DNA from: Octopus vulgaris
Taxonomy: Eukaryota
Reading direction: 5' to 3'
Assembly: GCA_951406725.2 (NCBI GenBank)
Contig: OX597815.1
Location: 167,648,001-167,712,000, forward strand
DNA length: 64,000 bases
Shown here: positions 53,383-64,000 of the stretch, piece after piece
Layout: every line of letters begins with the position of its first letter
Position numbering within the stretch: position 1 is the first letter of the stretch
Position numbers and translations under genes: made by a program
The notes under the pieces: model-generated
Told to the model about the DNA's origin: nothing
The model's input: only the letters and a program-made list of their open reading frames with translations
The model's database searches: none

Positions 53383-53886
53383 CGCATACAGAGTTTCTGT
53401 CGACTAAATTCACTCGGAATGCGTCAGTCGGTTCGAGGCAATTGTAGAACTTGCCTACTGGTCACAGGTGCCATGCTGTGGCACTGAACCTGAAACTACT
53501 TGGTTGTACAACTTAGTTCTCAACCATATAGCCATGACCGAAAATTTGGCGAAAGCTTGCTGACAGTAGCTGGTACGAAATATTGAGATATAGCGAATCA
53601 ACAACTTACTCTGTAAACTGAACGAAGAATCAAGCACTTTGAGGTAATTTTGAACCAGTCGACAGGACACGTTTTCCAATATTTAGATGAATATCTATTA
53701 TTTATTTAAGGAAAATGCAGATGATATGGCTAGGTGTACTACAGATTATTGTACTCACCTTTTCTTTTGTTTGTGTTGGATTTAGGCTATATTTCTGGAG
53801 GTCATCAAGGAAATGTGACCTGTCTTGATATTACATCCGGACAGCTTGTCTTACATCCGTCTGTCTGGTCGGGTCTGACATCCGTC

Positions 53887-53948
<62 letters not shown>

Positions 53949-54129
53949 GTAGTTGTTGTTGCTGAAAGTATTTATTGTTGTTTTTGTCGGTATTGTTAGG
54001 GACATGGAGTTAGCACCGACAGTTTCAGGATACTAACTTGGAATAATATTATCACAATTTCGGTGTCTGACTGCACGAGATCTAATTTTATTTCACGTAA
54101 GCCAAAGTCACCTGAATATTGATAATAAT

Positions 54130-54199
<70 letters not shown>

Positions 54200-54629
54200 G
54201 CACCGAAAAAAATATCTTAGGAATGAGAACCCAGGTTCGAAATTTCCCCAAGGTATATCAGCCGAAACGTTGTGTTAATAACAAACAAGATGAAGACAAA
54301 TATCCGTCAAATGTAAATAATGTGCATAATTCCTCATCTCTCAAATATAGAATTGGAATAATCACATTATATTAAAGTAAATAAGGGAAACGCGTAGGTG
54401 ATAGTGTAACTTCGTAGCAGTAGAAGAGAAAAGTCAAAACCTACATATTTAAAAGAAAAAGGGAAGCGTATTGGGTAATAGTCCAACATACTAGCTGAAT
54501 CTGTTGTCTGAGGAGAGTCATATTGTCTTAATGTCTTATTATCTGACAAACTCATTTATTATTTATATTATTCTTCCAAATTTTTTGTTGCTTTTGCAAG
54601 CTTGTCAATCGATAATGACTCGAATCCAT

Positions 54630-56578
54630 GGAAAAAAAAGTCACAGATAATAAAGTCACGGGGAAAAAGTCACGATAATAAAGTCACAGGAAAAAAAGTC
54701 ACAGATAAAAAAAGTCACTGGAAAAAAAGTCACAGGAAAAAAAGTTACGATAATAAAGTCACGGGGAAAAAGTCACGATAATAAAGTCACAGATAAAAAA
54801 AGTCACAGGAAAAAGTCACAGGTAAAGAAGTCACGATAATAAAGTCACAGGAAAAAAGTCACAGATAAAAAAGTCACAGGAAAAAGTCACGATAATAAAG
54901 TCACAGATAAAAAGTCACGATAATAAAGTCACAGGAAACAAGTCACTGATAAAAATGTCACAGGAAAAAAGTTACAGATAAAAAGTCACAGGAAAAAAGT
55001 CACGATAATAAAGTCACAGTAAAAAAAGACACAGAAAAAAGTCACAGGAAAAAAGGTCACCATAATATAGTCACAGGAAAACAAGTCACGATAATAAAGT
55101 CACAGATAAAAAAGTCACAGATAAAAAAGGCACAGGAAAAAAGTCACGATAATAAAGTCACAGGAAAAAAATTCACGACAAAAAAGTCACAGGAAAAAAG
55201 TCACAGATAATAAAGTCACTGGAAAAAAGTCACAGATAAAAAAGCCACAGGAAAAAGTCACAGGAAAAAAGTCACAGAAAGAAAGTTACGATAAAAAGTC
55301 ACAGAAAAAAAGTCACGATAAAAATGTCACAGGAAAAAATCTTCGATAACAAAGTCACAGGAAAAAAGTCGCAGATAAAAAATCACAGGAAACAGTCAAA
55401 GGAAAAAGTCACAGGATAAATGTCACAAATAATAAAGTCACAGGATGAAAGTCACACGAAAAAAGTCACGATAAAAATGTCACAGGAAAAAAGTCACGAT
55501 AATAAAGTCACAGGAAAAAAATTCACGACAAAAAAGTCACAGGAAAAAAGTCACAGATAATAAAGTCACTGGAAAAAAGTCACAGATAAAAAAACCACAG
55601 GAAAAAGTCACAGGAAAAAAGTTACGATAAAAAGTCACAGATAAAAAGTCACGATAAAAATGTCACAGGAAAAAAAGCTACGATAACAAAGTCACAGGAA
55701 AAAAGTCGCAGATAAAAAATCACAGGAAACAGTCAAAGGAAAAATGTCACAGGATAAATGTCACAGATAATAAAGTAACAGGATGAAAGTCACAGGAAAA
55801 AAGTCACGATAAAAATGTCACAGGAAAAAAGTCACGATAATAAAGTCACAGGAAATAAAGGCACGATAATAAAGTCACAGAAAAAAAGTCACGATAATAA
55901 AGTCAGAGGAAAAAAGTTACGATAATAAAGTCAGAGGAAAAAAGTTACGTTAAAAAAGTCACAGGAAAAATGTCACAGGAAAAAAGTCACAGATATAAAA
56001 GTCACAGATATAAAAGTCACAGGAAAAAAGTCACAGGAAAAAAAGTCACAGATATAAAAGTCGCAGATAAAAATGTCACAGGAAAAAAGTCACAGGTAAA
56101 AAAAGTCACAGGAAAAAGTCACGATAATAAAGTCACAGGAAAAAAGTTACGATAAAATGTCACAAGAAAAAAGTCGCAGATAAAAATGTCACAGGAAAAC
56201 AGTCAAAGGAAAAAAGTCACAGGAAAAAAAGTTACGATAATAAAGTCACAGATAAAAAAAAGTCACGATAAAAAAGTCGCAGGAAAAAGTTACGATAAAA
56301 AAGTCACGATAATAAAGTCAAAGGAAAAAAGTTACGATAATAAAGTCAGAGGAAAAAAGTTACGTTAAAAAAGTCACAGGAAAAATGTCAAAGGAAAAAA
56401 GTCACAGAAAAAGAGTCACGATAATAAAGTCACAGGAAAAAAAGTCACGATAAAAAGTCACAAGAAAAAAGTCACGATAATAAAGTCACAGGGAAAAAGT
56501 CACAGGGAAAAAGTCACGATAAAAAAGTAACAGGAAAAAAGTCACAAATAAAAAAGTCACAGGAAAAAGTCACGATAA
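54630..56578. repeat. AAAAAGTCAC(AGG/AGAT/GATAAT) satellite, block 1
   Basis: 13-16 bp units; ~350-bp higher-order duplication (55143/55493). Confidence 0.97.
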
Positions 56579-57579
56579 GGACATTTAAGGACATTTGTAG
56601 TATAGAAGAAGGGCTATTTCTTGTGAAGATATCAAAACTTTCACAGATTTTCATCTGACAAACAAGTATGACCTACTGTAACCCCTATTCCCAATAAACT
56701 GGAATAATCCTTGTGAAGATCTGAAAAGACATCACACCATGACAGAATAATACATGATAAAAACAGAAAACCACAAATTGTCAAATAGGAATACGGTAAT
56801 TGGTTTGAAACATTCAAGATGAAATTGAACATTATGAGGATGATGATGATGATGCTGTGATTAATAAACACGATAAATTCACATCAGGTGCATTTAGTTT
56901 CTCTAATTATTTACAAGTGTTCACATATCTGGGCATTGACTACACAGGTTTACCAGAGAGGTAAATCAATGGAGAAAATGCAAAAAAATGTTAAGCATTT
57001 ACCTATTGAGTTTTCATTTTTTTTCTTTTTTTTTGTACATGTGTGGGCAATGCAAGTGGGAAGGAGGGATTGGCTATAAAATTAGGGATGGGAATGAATT
57101 AATGACATACGAGTGAAAAGTTGTGAGACAGGGGAGGGTAGATGAGTTTTAAATAGATATTAATTGTTAAGATCGCATTGCTGATGTGTGGTATCAACTC
57201 TAGATTATTCAAAGCCTGTATTATTGGCATTAATATTAATTACTAATATATTGATTTTTTTTAAAGTTAGAGACAAAGCTAGTTCAGTTACCTATGAATA
57301 TATAATACTTTGCTTGTACCTATGTAAAGCATCTAGCTAATCCTAACAGATAAATCATAACATTGTTATTGTTGGTTTTATTATTATTATTATTGTTATC
57401 ATCATCATAGGAAGTATAAACAGTTCTACATCCTTTCACCTAGCGATATTAATTTTGATAAGAATAGACTGTTTGTGCTAAGAATTCAAATTGCTTCATA
57501 GTTTTATCACAGACTGGAAGAATGCCAACAAATATCAAGGCAGTATAGTCCATCCCTCTAGCACCTGGCAATATTATTG

Positions 57580-58330
57580 AAAAAAAGTTACGATAAAAAA
57601 GTCACAGATAAAAAAGTCGCAGATAAAAAAGTCACAGTCAAAGGAAAAAAGTTACAGGAAAAATGTCACGATAATAAAGTCACAGGAAAAAAGTGAGAGG
57701 AAAAAGTGACAGGAAAAAAGTCACGATAATAAAGTCACAGGAAAAAAGTCACGACAATAAAGTCACAGGAAAAGAGTCACAGATAAAAAAGTCACAGACA
57801 AAAAAGTCACAGATAAAAAAGTGACAGATAAAAAAGTCACAGGAAAAAAAGTTACGATAAAAAAGTCACAGGAAAAAAAGTCACAGATAATAAAGTCACA
57901 ATAAAAAAGGTACAGGAAAAAAGTCACAGGAAATAGTCACGATAATAAAGTCACAGGAATAAAAGTCACGATAAAAAGTTACAGGAAAAAAAGTCGCAGA
58001 TAAAATAGTCACAGGAAAAAAAATTTACAGATAAAATAGTCACAGGAAAAAAAGTCACAGATAAAAAAGTCACAGGAAGAAAGTCACAGATAATAAAGTC
58101 ACAGGAAAACAGTCACAGGAAAAAAGTCACGATAATAAAGTCACAGGAAAAAAGTCACTATAATAAAGTCACAGGAAAAAAGGTCACGATAAAAAAGTCA
58201 CAGGAAAAAGTCACAGATAAAAAAGTCATAGGAAAAAAGTCACGATAATAAAGTTACAGATAAAAAGTCTCGATAATAAAGTCACAGATAAAAAGTCACA
58301 GATAAAAAAGTCACAGGAAAAAAAGTCACA
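57580..58330. repeat. Same satellite, block 2, same orientation
   Basis: Direct reading. Confidence 0.97.
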
Positions 58331-58859
58331 CGGGTTTTGTCCAGTGTGGATTTTTTCCTCGGGGGTTGTTTGTCCGGATCCCATGAATTATTTGTCTTTT
58401 TTCCCCGTGGCTTTATTACTGGTCACCATAAATTAATATGTATATGTGTATGTATATTCATGTTTGTGTTTGTATGTGTGTATGTGTATTTGTGTCTACT
58501 TCTGTCTCCTTGTGTATGTATGCTCGAATGTGTCTATGTGTATGGATTTGTGTGTCTATGGGCATTCGTCTGTTATCTATGGATGTGTGTCTCCATATGT
58601 GTCTGTGTGTATTCGTGTGCATATAGTCATGTATTTCCGTTTCCTTTTGTGTATGCGTTTCCATTTTGTGTTCGAGAACCTTACGCTGGTAACTCCTAGA
58701 TGGAAGGCACTGCTCCTGAATAGAAATAACATACCCCTTTGTTATTATTTCTATGATAAAGATATTACATGCTTTATTCGTCAGCAAGGCAGTTGTGTTG
58801 CACCAATTATCACTGGCACAGCTATCGCCTTTGTCGTCCACAATCTCTTCATCTCTCTG

Positions 58860-59300
58860 GCTTGGTCCAGGTATTTCTCAATTTTCTCCGTTTCTTTAGT
58901 ATCCACTCTATTATCATAGAGTGTTACAAAGTCTATGATCTTACACAATTTTCTTTTAACACTTCTACAAATATACCCAGTCTCCTTGCTTCAATAATAT
59001 CGTCTGTCTTTATGGTTTATGGTGGAATCCCATACAATCCTGTAATCGCTATACGTCTTCATAGACTCTGGCTCGTGTTCATACCATTTTCTGCTACTTC
59101 AACTCCACGTGGTCGTCTAACATCCCAATGCAGTATTTTACCAACCTGGTTATGCCTGCGCTTGTACTTTTTTGTGCATACTTATTGCATAAATTTAAGA
59201 GATGGTTAATGCTTTCGTCTTTTTCCACAGATACTGATTTTGATCTTTGAGTTTTATCAGTCTTTGTCTTTATCAAGTTTTCGTCAATGTCTTGTTCCCG
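58860..59300 (-). pseudogene. R4/Dong-type LINE remnant
   Basis: ESINHLLNLCNKYAQK and YKRRHNQVGKILHW in adjacent frames. Confidence 0.7.
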
Positions 59301-59309
59301 GACAGATCC

Positions 59310-59720
59310 CTCTCTCTTCAGTCAAACCCTCGTCGACTTTTTCAAGCTCCACTTAGAAAGAAAAGTAAGGGCGGAGAGAGGCTTACTCCACCAACCCCAA
59401 CGAATATGTTAAAAACGTAGATGACCATTACAAAATCGGTCAGAGTGAATGGAACTACTGTAAGCGCGCGTTTATGGATTGGAGAACAACATATAATCCA
59501 AGACTTGTTCTCCTGATGGTCAATGCGATCCTGGACCAGTTGGGTTCTTGATTAGTCCTAAATTGAGTTTTTGCTGTACCAGGAGGACTGCATATTCCAC
59601 GTCTTCACATATTTAGCATACTATATATACTTTTTATCTCATCTCTCCACCCTACCGCTTTCTTTTCCTTATCTTTTTATGTAACCCCCCACAAATACTG
59701 TAAACTGTTCTTGCAATCTC
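59310..59720 (+). mobile_element. Possible Tx1/L1-type LINE 3' end
   Basis: LVDFFKLHLERKVRAER peptide followed by a pyrimidine-rich UTR-like tract; recognised by pattern only. Confidence 0.4.
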
Positions 59721-59799
59721 CTCCTCATCGGTTGCCGTCGCTCTGGCAGATAAAAGAACTCAACCACTGCCACCACCACCACTATCACCTTTTTCATCA

Positions 59800-59821
59800 C
59801 TACTACTACTACTACTACTAC

Positions 59822-59853
<32 letters not shown>

Positions 59854-59945
59854 ATATTATTATTATTATTATTATTATTATCGTTATTATTATTATTATT
59901 ATTATCATTATTATTATCATTATTATTGTTATTATTATTATTATC

Positions 59946-59998
<53 letters not shown>

Positions 59999-60011
59999 TA
60001 TTATTATTATT
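59800..60011. repeat. CTA/TTA/TCA trinucleotide microsatellites
   Basis: Direct reading. Confidence 0.95.
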
Positions 60012-61177
60012 CAGTAGTCTTATTTTAATTACGTACATTCATTGCAATACCGAACACAGCCCTGTGTGCCTTGGGTATGTGCTGTAGTTTGTTTTGGTGT
60101 GGTTATTTTTAATCTATTGAAAGTGCTCTACATATAATCTGTGCAATATCATGCAGTGCTATTTCCCTTCTGTTAGGCATATATATTCGCAACTCGTGGT
60201 TGTTGCTGTTGTTATCATCATCATCGCTATTGCGTTTCTTTAGTTTCTTTACATGTGGTATCCAAAAGCCGGCTAGGCGAACATTTGTAAAACATTATCA
60301 ATGTATGGTGTAAAGATCAATAACTCTCAAAGTAAATCCTTGTATTACTTACACAGTTATCAGTCGCCTTTTTTAAATGTCCCTTTTTGTTAGTTTATTT
60401 ATACGAATAGTGAATAGGTCTTGGCGCGATGTTTGTTTATACATAATATTTGAAATCCCGGTCAGTATGAAGATTTGTAAAATATATGCTTTACATGATG
60501 TGTTATTTTGTTGGGCGGTGATTGCGTATCGTATGTATTGTTTGATTGGTGTTGCGTGTTTCATTGTGGGGCGGTGATTATGTAGAATACTTGCGATTGC
60601 GTAGGTGTTGGGATATCAGGCAAGGACAGTACTTTTGTTAGGACCCCTGCCAGTTCTTTTTCAAGACAGCTTGTCTGCCCGAGACTCCTATTTCGCTCTT
60701 CGCTCTAATTTGTGGTTCTACGAATTGTTGATAACTGTAAGCGTACCAAACTGAGGGACTGAACCCGGAACCATGTGGTTGGTAAGCAAGTTACTTACCA
60801 CACAGCCACTCCTACGCCTATATGTATGTAATGTGATATTTTATCTGGTGGGGATTTTGTAGGTTCTGTTGAGAGGCCTGAGTTCCATAGTGCGGAGGAA
60901 GTTCCGGATTCCGAAAAGTGGCTTTCTATGAGTATGTTTTCTGATTTTTTGGATGGTATTTGTATTGGTTGGGTTTTGCGAATGAGGTTCGATACATAAT
61001 ACTAACTACATTTGGACAGTGTATAAAACTTCTGAGCCCGTCTATGCTCTTTTGTGTTTTAGTTCTTGTTTTTTTTTTACCCTCTTTTAAATCCCTTTAT
61101 GTGTTCCAATTATTTCCGTTTTCTTTTTGACTTTCATATCGCACTTGTTATTGTTCTTGATGCTGCTGCTGCTGCTG

Positions 61178-61228
<51 letters not shown>

Positions 61229-61370
61229 TTACTAAAGTGGCGAGCTGGTAGAATCGTTAACACGCCAGACAAAGTGTCTTTGCATTCTCAGTTCAAATCT
61301 ATCTATCTATCTAGCTAGCTAGCTAGCTAGATAGATAGATAGATAGATAGATACATACATAGATAGATAA

Positions 61371-61461
<91 letters not shown>

Positions 61462-61580
61462 TTCAATGTATTTTTCGTATTTATGTAAAAAATTTTATGT
61501 TAACGTATCAATCACTTGCTATCCTTTGCTATGTTGCTATCCTTTAGTATGGACCTAGTAATAAATAAACGAAAGAACTA

Positions 61581-61619
<39 letters not shown>

Positions 61620-61639
61620 CAATATCTAATGCCTCTGCA

Positions 61640-62215
61640 GTCGACTTTGGTTTTCATCTTTCCACGGTCGATAACATAAGTACCAGCCTAGGCACTGGGG
61701 TCGAGGTAACCGACTTACCCCTCCCTAAACACTGATAGCCAAGTGCCAAAATTTGCAACTATCCTCCTACTCATCCTCCTCATCATCATTATCATTATTA
61801 TTATTGCTTTGCTGTTAAGGCGGCGAACCGGCAGAAACGTTTGCACGCTGGACGAAATGCTTAGCGGTATTTTGTCTGCTGTTACGTTCTGAGTTCAAAT
61901 ACCGCCGAGGTCGACTTTGCCGTTCATCCTTTCGGGGTCGATTAAATAAGTACCAGTTACGTCCTGGGGTCGACATAATCGATTTAATCCGTTTGTCTGT
62001 CCTTGTTTGTTTTCTCTGTTTAGCCCCTTGTGGGTAGTAAAGAAATAGGTATTTTGTTTGCCGCTACCTTCTGAGTTCAAATTCTGCCGAGGTCGATTTT
62101 CCCTTTCATTCTTTCTGGGTCAATGAAATAAGTATCACTTACGCATTGGGTCGATGTAATCGACTACCCAGCTCCCCTCAAATTTTAGGCCTTGTACCTC
62201 CAGTAGAAAGGATTG
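61640..62215 (+). mobile_element. SINE A cluster (three bodies)
   Basis: Family A motifs at 61640, 61817 and 62050. Confidence 0.87.
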
Positions 62216-63184
62216 TTGTTGCTGATGTTGTTGTTGTTATTATTACTATTATGTTCGTATTTTTCTCCTCTTGGTACGCTAACAAATTTTCTCGATATGT
62301 TAACAACATTGCTGACAATTTAAGGAGGTGCAAGAGGACTAGACTTCAAAGTGGTAGTGGCGAACCTGCGAAAATAGAGCACGTCTGTCAGCAGCTTCTT
62401 GGGTATAACATTTTCTATCAATCAACGAATAAGATTGGCCAAGAAAAATCTGGAAAACACATAAAGGCATCAACACTAAAACTGTAATGAGTCCAGGAGG
62501 AAGTATCATCGTGGTTTTTCGATCTTCTAGAAATACAATCTAAATCTTCTTCATACGATACTGAATGCACTTTAAAATGTGGTGAACACATTGAATAACA
62601 TATAATCATGTCTAACAAAAATACTTCCCCGTTATAAAAATAGGAAATCCCGGTCATGGATATATTTTTGTGGTTTAGTTAAAGCCGACAGGGCACACTC
62701 CTTAATTCTTTAACAGGATTTGGAGACTGATTTAAAAGGGAAATATTTTTTTAAAATACTGGAGATTTGGCTCGAATTCTTGCAAAATGCGGACTTCAAT
62801 AAAAGCACTAAAGAATATGGTGTCGACGCTTAAATCAGGATTAAGACTATCACTCAGGTACGCAAGGATAACAACAAAAAGGGACTGGAGATGTTTGATA
62901 GATTCAGGTCCTCAACTCTGCAAAAGGAATCATCGAAGATTTTTGTCGGAATTTTAGCCGATTTTGTAAATATGTCATTTTTAGGGTGTCAAATTTCCAC
63001 AAATTTCTAAAATTCTGAACACGATTACCAGGATGAAATTATTGCTGAATGAAAATGAATAATTTGAGATTTTGTTTTTGAAAGTGCCTGGCATTTGAAT
63101 TCGATTATCTTGTCACATCATATATTTGTGAAATCCACAACATGTTACATAGTTTAGTTACTAGCGGGTAAATCTGACTTGTGA

Positions 63185-63480
63185 GTAATCAATTTGGAAA
63201 AGTCGAAAGCATTCAACAGGGTCAGTCATCGATACATGAAAACTGTTCTACCAGCAGTCACTTTCAAGGCAATTTTTCAGCGGCTAGATAATCATTTTCA
63301 CAATTGTGACATTTTTACAGTGGTCCATGTATATGACCACATGTGGGACCTTTTCGGCATCTCGTGCTCTTTGTGACAACCATGTCTCTTCATTCATCAT
63401 TTTCTTTTTACGTACTGGCGCTAGAGTGTTTATTGAGAAAGTTGGAAACTATTAAAAACATCCACTTGAAAGGGCAGATA
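63185..63480 (+). pseudogene. Tx1/L1-type reverse transcriptase remnant
   Basis: LEKSKAFNRVSHRYM..FGISCSL*QPCL..VLALECLLRKL parallels LDxxKAFDRVxH..RQGCPLSPLLYxLALEPL. Confidence 0.75.
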
Positions 63481-64000
63481 CTAGTGAGATATTAGCATAT
63501 GCATTTGGGATGGCATTCGTGGTCTATCACTTATTCGAAAAAAAATGTGATGTGTACAAAGTAAGCGTATATGGTGAAATGTGTAAGACGGATAGTCAGT
63601 TAGAAAGGCAATTCCTTTTGAATGCTTATTTGTCGTTGAGCTAATAGTCCGTTTTAACTGTTTTAGGGGTACTTTGGTCAGACCTACCAAAAGGGAACTA
63701 GGATGAAGTGAGAGAGCAGAAAATTTCAAGTATCCGAGATGTAGCCAACATGTAAACTATGTGAAAAGTCTGGCTGCATCCGAAAAAATATATATTATGA
63801 AACAAAAATAAGCACAAAATTTATTACACGAATCTGTTTCCACCACGACAGTCAACTATCTGACACCGAACACGAGTTTGATGTTGAATACATCTACGAA
63901 TTTTCCGCTCAGATAGCTATTCCCAAGACTGCAAGACGGCTTCGTGCAATTCATGCCTCGCTGTAGGGTTTTTCAGTTCAACTTTAATGGCCAAAACTTT

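Noticed and set aside
55970-56368. Lysine-rich KKVTG ORFs
   Set aside because: Satellite translations

Overview
AT-rich animal genomic DNA, intergenic or intronic. No intact host protein-coding gene can be supported. The repeat families (tRNA-headed SINEs with internal microsatellites, very dense TA/CA/TACA/GATA/AAT tracts) look like a cephalopod, probably Octopus; this is an inference from pattern recognition, not a database result. Nearly all listed ORFs are microsatellite artefacts. The real content is many SINE copies, remnants of RTE, R4/Dong-type and Tx1/L1-type LINEs, DNA-transposon MITEs (Tc1/pogo, hAT, Mutator, Helentron), several foldback palindromes, an 85-bp minisatellite and a large AAAAAGTCAC satellite. 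Main observations: (1) a ~358-bp, highly structured, partially tandem repeat carrying a type I hammerhead ribozyme (retrozyme or Penelope-pLTR-like; 29719-31924); (2) it is split, with a 20-bp TSD, by a 1.65-kb ORF1-only (HAL1-like) retroelement whose 3' tail resembles the dominant SINE tail; (3) a fully paired minimal hammerhead with an A3-U8 core covariation at 48177-48215, plus degenerate hammerhead-like motifs in small (TA)n-embedded repeats; (4) a SINE carrying 106 bp of another locus's 5' flank; (5) a perfect 354-bp palindrome. Coordinates were counted by eye; boundaries of diverged repeats are approximate.
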